A stretch of 64,000 nucleotides of DNA from a virus. Taxonomy: Duplodnaviria; Caudoviricetes. This document shows, one piece after another, positions 29,514-38,831 of this stretch. Each line of letters starts with the position of its first letter. Positions within the stretch are counted from its first letter, which is position 1. The notes under the pieces were generated by a model. The model was not told the DNA's origin. It did no database searches and was given only the letters and a program-made list of their open reading frames with translations. The stretch is taken from IMG/VR virus record IMGVR_UViG_3300014204_000162, positions 14,576 through 78,575 of that record. The stretch is one strand, 5' to 3'. A program made the position numbers and the translations under genes.

Positions 29514-31199
29514 ATGGACATGGTAAGAAAACAATTTAATTTTGAAGTTAAACAAATCGGCGAAGAAAAAGACAGGACATTGCGACTTATAGGTTCAACC
29601 GAAAGCATAGATAGGGACAGCGACATAATTGAGGTTGCTGGATGGCAAACAAAAGAATACATGGCTAACCCTGTATTTTTATGGTGCCACACATATGACA
29701 TTCCACCAATAGGTAAATGCTTGAAAGTAGAAAAAGATGTCCAAAATAAGAAGCTTGCATTTGATATAAAGTTCCCCACTATTGCAGAGCTGTCCAGTGA
29801 CGTAAACAACCCTGCAGATCATGCAAAATTTGTTGACATGGTATACAACATGTATAAGGGCGGTTACTTAAATGCTACATCCGTAGGTTTTAGAGGCATA
29901 GAGTCAAAAATAAGGGATGACCCGGATGTTTTAGACAAACCGGATTGGGCCAGAGGAAGAAGATATATGAAACAAAATCTGCTTGAATTGTCAGCGGTTC
30001 CAGTTCCGGCTAATCCCGAAGCATTGCAGGAGGCCAAGTCAAAAGGCTTGATTTCAGATGTTGAGATTAAGTCTTTTTTTAATGCTGAAGAAAAAGGCGC
30101 TATACCCTATAAGTCATACCCCACAATGTCAGAAGATACGGCTTGGGACGGACCTAAAGAAGTTGCGGCAGCAGAGGTAGCCGATCTTAAAATTATGTGT
30201 ACATGGTATGACTCTGACAATGCAGATGTAAAAAGCAGCTATAAACTACCTCATCACCAAAAAGACGGCTACAAGGTTGTTTGGAATGGTGTTAAGGCCG
30301 CTATGGGTGCGTTACTCGGAGCAAGGGGAGGAACAAAAATCCCTGATGCGGATAGAGAAAAAGTATATAACCACCTTGCAAAACACTACAAAGACTTTGA
30401 TAAAGAAGCACCTGAGTTTAAGAAATATACAGACATTGAGCTAAAATCTATGTTTCCAGAAACAAAGAAACTTGACTTAGACGGCAACCCATCAACATTT
30501 GACATCATGAGGGCTGTTTATAATGCCATAGATCCTGCAAACGTATGTTGCGGTATATGGATAGAAGATTTATACCCTATCAAATATCCTGATGGGCATG
30601 TGATTGTATACAAAGAAGATAAATTCTATCAATACGATTACACATACAAAGATGGAACAGCAACATTGCAAGGCGAGGGCAAAGAACTTGAGAATATATA
30701 TGCAGAAAAGCCCAAGTCATTTTTAAAACCCATAGATAGTAAATCCGGTGCCAGGCTGTCAAGGCAAAGCAAAGAGAAGCTAAGCAGTGTAATTGAAGAA
30801 ATGAAGAACATGGAAGGCACATGCAAAGGTTGCAGAGATAAGATAGCCCAGTTCATGGATGGCGATGGACCGGCGTCTGAAGAGGATGACAGAAAATCTT
30901 CTACTGATGCACCAGCAAATACGCCTACACCTGAAACAAAAATGAAGCAGGAAGATATACAAGCAATCGCGGCAGAAGTAGTCAAGCTGCTGCCGCAGGT
31001 TCCACAACAAAAGCAGGAACCAGAACCAACCCCAAATGATGCAAACGAGGTTGAAATAGATCTCGATGCTATAGATATCCCAAACGCTGCAAAAGAAGCT
31101 GATAACAACGAACTAGATATCAAACCAGAGGAAATCGCAAAAATGATGGAAGACCTATTAGAAAAGAAACTAAGACAATTAACAGGAAAAATTGATTAA
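29514..31199 (+). CDS. HK97-type prohead protease with long C-terminal extension
   Basis: GSTESIDRDSDII, PVFLWCH, SVGF, LLELSAVPVPANPEA. Confidence 0.9.
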   Translation: MDMVRKQFNFEVKQIGEEKDRTLRLIGSTESIDRDSDIIEVAGWQTKEYMANPVFLWCHTYDIPPIGKCLKVEKDVQNKKLAFDIKFPTIAELSSDVNNPADHAKFVDMVYNMYKGGYLNATSVGFRGIESKIRDDPDVLDKPDWARGRRYMKQNLLELSAVPVPANPEALQEAKSKGLISDVEIKSFFNAEEKGAIPYKSYPTMSEDTAWDGPKEVAAAEVADLKIMCTWYDSDNADVKSSYKLPHHQKDGYKVVWNGVKAAMGALLGARGGTKIPDADREKVYNHLAKHYKDFDKEAPEFKKYTDIELKSMFPETKKLDLDGNPSTFDIMRAVYNAIDPANVCCGIWIEDLYPIKYPDGHVIVYKEDKFYQYDYTYKDGTATLQGEGKELENIYAEKPKSFLKPIDSKSGARLSRQSKEKLSSVIEEMKNMEGTCKGCRDKIAQFMDGDGPASEEDDRKSSTDAPANTPTPETKMKQEDIQAIAAEVVKLLPQVPQQKQEPEPTPNDANEVEIDLDAIDIPNAAKEADNNELDIKPEEIAKMMEDLLEKKLRQLTGKID

Positions 31200-31213
31200 G
31201 GGAGGAAATAATA

Positions 31214-32416
31214 ATGACACATGAAGAATTACAAGCAATGATGGGGAAAATGATGGATGAATCATTTGACAAGAAATTAGCTCCAATACTCGAAACACAG
31301 CGTAAATACGCGGATATATTCAATAACCCGCAGCCCAAAGCAGAAGACAAGGGAGAAAAGCTTGAACCTGGTATTAGATTCGCTAGATGTGCAAAATTAA
31401 ACGTAATTGCAAAAGGTGATATGGAAAAAGCACTTGCAATAGCAAAAGGCACAACTGGCAAAGATGTAAACAGAGCAAAGGCAATGTACCCCGACGATTT
31501 AGTGTTACATGAACAAATAGGAAAAGCATTAGGTACGACAATCCCCAGTGATGGGGGTTTTTTAGTTCCCGAAGTTTTAGCGCAGGAAGTAATTCCACTC
31601 TTATATGCTAAAACTGTAGTTATGGAATTGGGCGGCAGAAGAGTTGATATGACAAATGCAAACTTGACAATTCCTAGGCTGTCCCAAGGTTCAACAGCAT
31701 ACTATGAAGGCGAAAACCGTCCAGCACCTAAGTCACAGCAGAAGTTTGACGCATTAAATTTGCGTTCAAAGAAACTTTTTGTGCTCGTACCGACTTCTAA
31801 TGATTTGATAAGAAATGCAAGTGTTTCAGCGGATGCATTAATAAGGGACGATATGTTAAGGTCCACAAGATTAAAAATGGACTACATGGGATTATACGGA
31901 CCTGGGACTCAGTACACTCCGCTTGGAATAAAATACACTAAAAATATTTTGTCAAATTCCGCATCCGCCAAAATTGATCAGGATGATCCGGTTACTATGG
32001 TATCTGCCTTGAAACATAATAATATCCCTATGGTGAGCATGGGATGGGCCTTTAACTCCATTATGGAGGGTGCATTAAAGAATTTAAAGACGACCACAGG
32101 CGCTTATATCTATAGGGAAGAAATGAATACAGGCAAATTACTTGGATTCCCATACCTTACAACGGAACAGATTCCAATAGGGGCTGATGACCATGGTATA
32201 ACTGATATATTCCTTGGCGATTGGTCAGAGTTCATACTTGGCGAAGAAGTTGCCTTTGAATTATCCGCATCTACAGAAGCGGCATATACGGATGAAAACA
32301 ATAACATTGTATCTGCATTTACAAATGATCAAACTGTAATCAAAATATTGTCTAAACATGATATGGGTGTAAGACATGCTCCTGCATTCCTTGTATACAG
32401 CTACTACACTAAATAA
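31214..32416 (+). CDS. major capsid protein (HK97 fold)
   Basis: DGGFLVPEVLAQEVIPLL, AYYEGE, GKLLGFPY, GDWSEF; position after protease. Confidence 0.93.
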   Translation: MTHEELQAMMGKMMDESFDKKLAPILETQRKYADIFNNPQPKAEDKGEKLEPGIRFARCAKLNVIAKGDMEKALAIAKGTTGKDVNRAKAMYPDDLVLHEQIGKALGTTIPSDGGFLVPEVLAQEVIPLLYAKTVVMELGGRRVDMTNANLTIPRLSQGSTAYYEGENRPAPKSQQKFDALNLRSKKLFVLVPTSNDLIRNASVSADALIRDDMLRSTRLKMDYMGLYGPGTQYTPLGIKYTKNILSNSASAKIDQDDPVTMVSALKHNNIPMVSMGWAFNSIMEGALKNLKTTTGAYIYREEMNTGKLLGFPYLTTEQIPIGADDHGITDIFLGDWSEFILGEEVAFELSASTEAAYTDENNNIVSAFTNDQTVIKILSKHDMGVRHAPAFLVYSYYTK

Positions 32417-32417
32417 T

Positions 32418-32452
32418 CATAGGGTGGCCATAAACCCACCCTATCTATTTTA
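32418..32452 (+). terminator. terminator after capsid gene
   Basis: atagggtgg-ccataaac-ccaccctat hairpin, then T-rich tract. Confidence 0.65.
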
Positions 32453-32474
32453 AATCGAAAGGATGGTAATATAA

Positions 32475-32948
32475 ATGTCAATAAGAAGGATGTACGAACG
32501 AGTTAAACATGTACCAGGCATAAACGCTGCCGCATTGGCAGCAGGTGCTACAAATGGAATTGTAATTGATAGATATGGCGCACTTCCTGCACAACCGTCA
32601 GGAATTACAGCATATACAGCCTATACACAGGCAGCTGGGATATATCTAACCGGCAATATACTTTTATCAGTTGGCGCAGCTTCCGGCGAGCCTACAGCAC
32701 AGTCGGTCACCCTTAAATTGCAAGAAAGCGACGCTTCGGATGGCTCAGGGATGGAAGATGTAACCGGTGCAACGATATCTGCCTTAACAGCAGACAATGC
32801 CTATTCTGCAAAAGATTTTGACCTTGCAGGACTAAAGAGATATATAAGAGTAGTTGTAACTGTTGCATTAACAGCGGGTACATCACCTAAAATTCCAGTC
32901 GCAGTAGCGGTTGCCCTTGGTGACAGCAACAATGATCCTGCTCTGTAA
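32475..32948 (+). CDS. putative capsid decoration protein
   Basis: A/T/G-rich 157 aa immediately after MCP; KLQESD...KRYIRVVVT. Confidence 0.55.
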   Translation: MSIRRMYERVKHVPGINAAALAAGATNGIVIDRYGALPAQPSGITAYTAYTQAAGIYLTGNILLSVGAASGEPTAQSVTLKLQESDASDGSGMEDVTGATISALTADNAYSAKDFDLAGLKRYIRVVVTVALTAGTSPKIPVAVAVALGDSNNDPAL

Positions 32949-33164
32949 AGGAGTGATCTAATTGCATTGCAGTAACTGTCAACGGCCATATGACCAATGT
33001 ATTTGCAAAAAAGAAAAGTTTACAGATAAGATTGACAATAAGATGATTGAACCAGAAAAAGGCAAAAATAAAAGCAGCAAAAATACCATAAAAAAGTAAC
33101 AAAGAAATAACTGAGTAAAGGCTTTGCAGGCTGTGCCATAAACAACCTGTTTCTCATATTATCA

Positions 33165-33193
33165 TTGAATTATACAGAATAATTCTGTATAAT
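33165..33193 (+). promoter_or_regulatory. sigma-A promoter with overlapping palindromic operator
   Basis: TTGAAT-17-TATAAT; 12-bp arms ATTATACAGAAT/ATTCTGTATAAT at 33169-33193. Confidence 0.8.
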
Positions 33194-33221
33194 ATAGATA
33201 AGGAGATAAGGAGATGATATT

Positions 33222-33998
33222 ATGGGAATGGACACATTGGGACATGATAAACAAAGAAAATGCGAACAAATAACGAATAGAAAATATACAGCTTGCTATA
33301 CTAATCATGGAGAACTTGGTCCACATTGGGCAGACTGCATATTAAAAGACGTAGAGGGTAATGTAATTTACGAAGATTTTGTGAATTACAAGACAACCCA
33401 ATGGCAGGAAAACATACAGTACATAAAGAAAATACCGATGAGGGAATTGACTGCAGAAGAGTTAATAAATTTAACCGCTATTGAGCGACTGGCACAGCAA
33501 ATATCAAATAAGGTTCATGTACCTTGGGAAGAAATAGTTGGTTGCTTTAAAGTTGAAGACCTTGGCGAAAAAGAAATGATGGATGAAACAATAGCAAAAA
33601 TGAAATTAATTGCAGATACAGACTTTAAGACAGAAGGAGAAGATATTATGCCACGGTTAGACTTTATAGTAAGCGAAGAAATTAAGAACAAGCTCAAGGA
33701 TGTAGCAAAGGCAGAAAATCGGAGCATGACAAAAGAACTGGAATTTATCATAGCAGATAGATATAGGCAGCTATGCAAGGACATGACACAGCACAGAGAA
33801 GATGGTCTATGCCCATGCGAAAAGTGCTTTAATGGGAAGTATCATTCCCAAAGTAAACTTACAATACCAACAATAACATATAGCAAGTCAGATGCAAAAG
33901 TTATTCTCATGACATATGAACGAGTGAAGAAAAATAATGACGATGGTACCTATATTTATGAATGGATTGAGGTTAAGAATGGTGAAAATAATGCCTAA
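33222..33998 (+). CDS. moron: unknown N-terminal domain plus Arc-like RHH domain
   Basis: internal MPRLDFIVSEEIKNKLKDVAKAENRSMTKELEFII; own promoter; internal RBS-ATG at 33648. Confidence 0.65.
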   Translation: MGMDTLGHDKQRKCEQITNRKYTACYTNHGELGPHWADCILKDVEGNVIYEDFVNYKTTQWQENIQYIKKIPMRELTAEELINLTAIERLAQQISNKVHVPWEEIVGCFKVEDLGEKEMMDETIAKMKLIADTDFKTEGEDIMPRLDFIVSEEIKNKLKDVAKAENRSMTKELEFIIADRYRQLCKDMTQHREDGLCPCEKCFNGKYHSQSKLTIPTITYSKSDAKVILMTYERVKKNNDDGTYIYEWIEVKNGENNA

Positions 33999-34171
33999 TC
34001 ATGGCATTGAAATGGCAAGGTACGCAAAGGATTAATAAAACCACGCATAGATAGGGGGTAATTATGAATAAAGTTCAAATATCTTATAAATACAAATGCA
34101 AAATTTAGGCCACGTTTATGTGGTCTTTTTTATTTAAGTGAATTTAAGAAATAAATTAGGCGGGTGATAAT

Positions 34172-35026
34172 ATGCTGGAAGACAACGCATTAACCACATT
34201 AGAAACACTAAAATATGAGTTAAAACTATATAGCACAGTCACAGCAACAAATGAGACTTTGACAGATAGTGGGGACCACCTCACTTTTTTATTTGCAAAG
34301 AAAAACATAGTATCTGATTCGATAGTGAGCGTAACCGAAACAGTAGGTGCTACGACAACAAATGTAACAGCACTAATAAGTGCCTATGACTATAAAAATG
34401 GTGAAATAACATTTGCAAGTGCAAGGACAGGCACAATAAAAACAACGCAATACCAATATAATAAATTTGACAATAGCAAGGATGAATTTCTTGAGAGAAA
34501 AATAAATTCGTACTCGGAGTGGCTTGAGGGCAGATTAGGCCGCAAATTAAGTAAAGATAACTATATTGAGAAGTATTGTGGTAATAGCAGACAATATCTT
34601 TTGCTCAATCAGTGGCCCATAATCATCGTCAATAGCATAAAAATTGATGGTGGATTATTGGATAATACATCATATGAAACTTCCACAAAAGATAAAAAAG
34701 CTGGCATGATATTTAAAGAGGATGGATGGCCTTGGGATGGGTATTTGACTGGACTTGTAGGAGAGCCGTTAAATGCCCGCAGAAATATTGAGGTTGATTA
34801 CGATGCAGGGTATATACTACCCAAAGATGCAACAGATGAGGAACCACGAACCTTGCCATATGACATAGAGGAATTATTGATAGGTATTATTGCAAGTGAT
34901 TATTCAAAATATGGGAGTCAAGGACTAAAATCTTTTAAAATATCTGATGTAGAGTGGCAATGGGATAATGAACTAAAACAACAGTATAAAGAAATTATGG
35001 ACAAATATATAGCAAGGATAGTATAA
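34172..35026 (+). CDS. head-tail connector protein
   Basis: position; ALTTLETLKYEL start, YDAGY..P, TLPYDIEE, GLKSFKISDV. Confidence 0.7.
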   Translation: MLEDNALTTLETLKYELKLYSTVTATNETLTDSGDHLTFLFAKKNIVSDSIVSVTETVGATTTNVTALISAYDYKNGEITFASARTGTIKTTQYQYNKFDNSKDEFLERKINSYSEWLEGRLGRKLSKDNYIEKYCGNSRQYLLLNQWPIIIVNSIKIDGGLLDNTSYETSTKDKKAGMIFKEDGWPWDGYLTGLVGEPLNARRNIEVDYDAGYILPKDATDEEPRTLPYDIEELLIGIIASDYSKYGSQGLKSFKISDVEWQWDNELKQQYKEIMDKYIARIV

Positions 35027-35029
35027 ATT

Positions 35030-35647
35030 ATGGCAGTAAAAATAACAGATAAGACGAATGTTCCTGAGCTATTGAACATAATCAATGAACTAAACTCAAA
35101 GAAATTATTAATAGGAGTTTTCGGTGGTGTGGACTCTTTTTTAGTTGAAATAGCTTATGCAAATGAGTTTGGACTGACTATCACCCCTAAAAACGCCAAA
35201 AACCTTGCAATACCTGTAAGCAGGAAAAGTAAGGGCAAAAGGCCAAGAGATTTTTCTAACCTTGAGTTTATAAAAGTTGGAGATGAAAAGTTCCTCGTAC
35301 AAAACAAAAGAAAAAGAAACGGAGTGGAACGGTTTGAAGTTTTATTTGTGCTTGTACAAAGTGTAAATATTCCAGAACGTTCATTTATACGAGCTAGTTT
35401 TGATGCAAACATGTCAAAAATCGAGAATTATGTTGATAGAAGCTTATCACAAATATTTAACTTTCAATTACCTGTATCAACGTTTTACGAAGAATTAGGT
35501 GCATATTGTACAAGTTTGATTAAAAAATATATGACTGATTTAAAAAGTCCACCAAACTCATCTTTAACACAGTCGATGAAAGGATTTAATAATCCATTAA
35601 TAAATACTGGTAGACTTAGAAATTCGATAACCTTTAAAGTTATTTAA
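35030..35647 (+). CDS. virion morphogenesis / neck protein
   Basis: IAYANEFG, IPERSFIRA, PPNSSLT...NPLINTGRLRNSI. Confidence 0.75.
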   Translation: MAVKITDKTNVPELLNIINELNSKKLLIGVFGGVDSFLVEIAYANEFGLTITPKNAKNLAIPVSRKSKGKRPRDFSNLEFIKVGDEKFLVQNKRKRNGVERFEVLFVLVQSVNIPERSFIRASFDANMSKIENYVDRSLSQIFNFQLPVSTFYEELGAYCTSLIKKYMTDLKSPPNSSLTQSMKGFNNPLINTGRLRNSITFKVI

Positions 35648-35663
35648 AGGCAGGTGATATAAC

Positions 35664-36020
35664 ATGTTTCCAACAGCAACAATTCCATTAGGATTAATGA
35701 AAACACATACAAAAATAACTCAAGGAGGTGATTACGGCAATAATGGTAAATGGGTGGCAGATGGGACAGAAGTGCAGACACCATTTGAGGGTGTTATTTT
35801 ACCTGTGATATCATCCGATGTAAAAAGTTTAACATTTGACGATGGAGGCACTTATTCTGAAGATGCTTTAAAAATGTATGCTTATGAGCATTTTACGGAT
35901 GGACAAGAAATGTTAACTGATGAGGGGAAAAGGTATACAGTACATGGTGGTAAAGACTATTCAGTGTATGGGGCAGAACTAAAAATTTACCGTATTGAGA
36001 GAGTTGGTGAAACCGTGTGA
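35664..36020 (+). CDS. head-closure (stopper) protein
   Basis: position and size in neck module. Confidence 0.6.
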   Translation: MFPTATIPLGLMKTHTKITQGGDYGNNGKWVADGTEVQTPFEGVILPVISSDVKSLTFDDGGTYSEDALKMYAYEHFTDGQEMLTDEGKRYTVHGGKDYSVYGAELKIYRIERVGETV

Positions 36021-36526
36021 TTGACTATGCACAAATAAGGGATGATATAATAAGCGAATTAACTACTTTTTTAGGCCATAAGGTTATAGTTATGGATGAT
36101 AACCACCCTAAGCCTAAATACCCATTTATGACGTTCAACATAATAAACCCATATACGCCTGAGTCACCACATGGAAATGAAACATATATGGCAGTTGCAA
36201 GTACAGACCCTGATTGGGAATATGACATAATAGAAATACGTAGCGAACAGCCAACTATAACAATTTCAATGACTGCATATAGTTGCGAGTTAGACGAAGC
36301 AGAAGAATTAGCATTACAAGCCTTGAGCTGGTTTAAATTTTATGGTCTTGACTACCTTGACGATAAGGAGATTGTCATTATTGAAACTACTCAAGTGCAG
36401 GAAAGAGATACGCTTTTAATAAATGACTATGAGAGGCGTAAAGGCTTTGATGTAAAAATTAGAGTTTTAAGTGAACTTGAAAATAGAATATCAACGATTG
36501 AAACAGTGGATTTAAAGCGCAAATAA
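36017..36526 (+). CDS. tail terminator / neck protein
   Basis: P.PKYPFMTF motif; directly before sheath. Confidence 0.7.
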   Translation: MIDYAQIRDDIISELTTFLGHKVIVMDDNHPKPKYPFMTFNIINPYTPESPHGNETYMAVASTDPDWEYDIIEIRSEQPTITISMTAYSCELDEAEELALQALSWFKFYGLDYLDDKEIVIIETTQVQERDTLLINDYERRKGFDVKIRVLSELENRISTIETVDLKRK

Positions 36527-36563
36527 TAGCGCTTTTTTATTTTACGAAAAGGAGTGAGTCAAA

Positions 36564-37943
36564 TTGATAAAAGATGTAATTGTCAATATAACAAGGCAAA
36601 CGTCACCATTATCTACAGCGGGTTTTGGACTACCCTTAATTTTAGCAACAGATAAAAACAATGAATATACTGAATACTCTGAACTTGCAGATGTTGTAGC
36701 CGACTATGCGACCGCAACATCTGCATATACAATGGCAAGCAGATTGTTTTCTCAAAACCCACGGCCTGAGAAAATAGCAATATTAGGAGTATCTTACACA
36801 GCTATAGCAATGGCGAGGGCAACATTAACGACAACTATAGTGGCTGCAAACAGTAATTTAAAATATACATCAAAGGTGGCAGGGTTAGCAGGGACTTATA
36901 TCCAGATTAAATATACAGATCCTGCAACTACAACTGAAGCGACAACAGCAGCAGTGACCGGGACAGGTACATCGGCAGACCCATACATTATAAATGTTAC
37001 TTTATCTTACGCCGGTTCTGCCATAACAGCTAAAGCAAGTGATGTTAAGACAGCAATAGAAGGGGCTACAGCTGCAGCCGCACTTGTAAAGGTTGAATAT
37101 GCTACTGATAACGACGGTACAGGGTTGGTTACAGCGTTAGCGGCTACGGCATTAGCGGGCGGGGTAAACGGTTCAAGCGCAGCGGTACTAGTAACAGCGT
37201 TGAACACATTAATAAACACCCAAAACGATTGGTATTATCTGCTATGTGACCAACACGGATACAATGAAATAGTTGCCCTGTCAGCATGGACAGCAACACA
37301 AAAGAAGAAATACTTTGCAGTAACTAAAGATGATAACATGATAGATTTTGAAACTATAAATTCAGAAAACACAATATTAATATACACTGACAAAGACACT
37401 GAATACCCAGATGCCGCATGGGTAGGAGTGGGCGCACCTACAACACCTGGAGAAATTACATGGAAGTTTAAGACTTTAGTTGGCATTAGTGCAGCAACCG
37501 TTTCAGACAGCAGAGTGTTAGAATTGCACAGCCACCACGTGAATACCTACGTAAAGAAATTCGGAGTATTGCAGACTTCAGCCGGTTTGACAACATTATC
37601 ACCGTCTGAGTATATTGATACACTCATAGGGCAGGATTGGGTTGAAACAAACATAACCGAACAAGTGAGTCTTGAATTATTTTCCCTCCCCAAAATACCT
37701 TATGACAATACCGGCATAGCAATTGTATTAAGCACAGTATTAAAAGTTCTCAAACAAGCATGGGTAAACGGCATAATTGCGACAGACGAAAACGGAAACG
37801 GTATGTATAGCGCAAGCGCACCGAATAGGAAAGATATATCATCAACAGATAGGGCAACCAGGCATTTGCCGGATGTAAAGTTCACATATACAGTTGCCGG
37901 GGCTATAGAGGATATAACCATCAACGGCGTAGTAACTGTTTAA
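36564..37943 (+). CDS. tail sheath protein (DUF3383-like)
   Basis: DVIVNITR, GFGLPL, PGEITWKFKTL, YIDTLIGQDW, AGAIEDITING. Confidence 0.88.
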   Translation: MIKDVIVNITRQTSPLSTAGFGLPLILATDKNNEYTEYSELADVVADYATATSAYTMASRLFSQNPRPEKIAILGVSYTAIAMARATLTTTIVAANSNLKYTSKVAGLAGTYIQIKYTDPATTTEATTAAVTGTGTSADPYIINVTLSYAGSAITAKASDVKTAIEGATAAAALVKVEYATDNDGTGLVTALAATALAGGVNGSSAAVLVTALNTLINTQNDWYYLLCDQHGYNEIVALSAWTATQKKKYFAVTKDDNMIDFETINSENTILIYTDKDTEYPDAAWVGVGAPTTPGEITWKFKTLVGISAATVSDSRVLELHSHHVNTYVKKFGVLQTSAGLTTLSPSEYIDTLIGQDWVETNITEQVSLELFSLPKIPYDNTGIAIVLSTVLKVLKQAWVNGIIATDENGNGMYSASAPNRKDISSTDRATRHLPDVKFTYTVAGAIEDITINGVVTV

Positions 37944-37957
37944 GGGGGGGGATATAA

Positions 37958-38356
37958 ATGTCTACTACAAAAGTATTTGATAGCAAGGATGTAAAAGTAA
38001 AAGTTGACGGAACGATTATAACCGGATTCGGTGAAGGCACATTTGTAAAATGTGAGAAAAACGAAGATAGCATAAAGCCTTATGTGGGCGCACAAGGAGA
38101 AGTAAGTTTCGGAGAAACAAACGATCCGACAGGCAAGATAACGGTAACAATACAGAATACGAGTGCGTCGTATTCTTTTTTAATGGAACAAGCGGACGTA
38201 AAAGACGTTTATCCGACTTATGTTATTGACCGTAATTCGGGGCTAACATATGGCGGCACAGAGTGTAGGATTATGAAACCGTCGGATGCGGAATTCAGCA
38301 ATGAAGTAACTACCAGGGAGTTTGTAATATATGTTGCCGATTATGCGGTTGAATAG
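37958..38356 (+). CDS. tail tube protein (DUF3277-like)
   Basis: FDSKDV.V.VDG.IITGF.EGTFV; after sheath. Confidence 0.85.
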   Translation: MSTTKVFDSKDVKVKVDGTIITGFGEGTFVKCEKNEDSIKPYVGAQGEVSFGETNDPTGKITVTIQNTSASYSFLMEQADVKDVYPTYVIDRNSGLTYGGTECRIMKPSDAEFSNEVTTREFVIYVADYAVE

Positions 38357-38373
38357 AAGGGAGATAAAATACA

Positions 38374-38625
38374 ATGGCAGAGAAACAGAAAACAATTACA
38401 GTTGGAGGCAAAGACTATCTTTTACAGCGTCCTAAAACAAAATGGTATGTAGAAAATAATGACAATTGCAAAAATCGTTATGGCGTTCTGCAACAGGCTA
38501 AATATTTTAATAGCCTACTGGAAAATATTGTTGTAGATCCCCAAGGGCTGAAAATGGATGACTTTGAAAACATAGGAGATTTGGAGACGCTAATTGGCGA
38601 GATAGAATCTTTTCTTAGAAGCTAA
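38374..38625 (+). CDS. tail assembly chaperone
   Basis: small ORF between tube and tape measure. Confidence 0.7.
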   Translation: MAEKQKTITVGGKDYLLQRPKTKWYVENNDNCKNRYGVLQQAKYFNSLLENIVVDPQGLKMDDFENIGDLETLIGEIESFLRS

Positions 38626-38827
38626 TCCAAAAACAACCGAACATATAAAAGCGAAGGCAATGCGAAATTATAACAAGTTTTGGCGACTTGTCTTTGAAGG
38701 CGGTATTGCTCCCTCTGAATTAGGATTCGATCTTACAGATTTAGAATATTTAGAGGAAGCTAATGCCGCCTTTGATATTTACGTTGAACGGGTGAATAAA
38801 GCTATACACCCGGAGAAAGGCAGGTGA
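38606..38827 (+). CDS. second tail chaperone frame (+1 relative to upstream chaperone)
   Basis: frame open from 38606 to TGA 38825-38827; ATG at 38660 has no clear RBS. Confidence 0.5.
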   Translation, partial: NLFLEANPKTTEHIKAKAMRNYNKFWRLVFEGGIAPSELGFDLTDLEYLEEANAAFDIYVERVNKAIHPEKGR

Positions 38828-38831
38828 GCAG

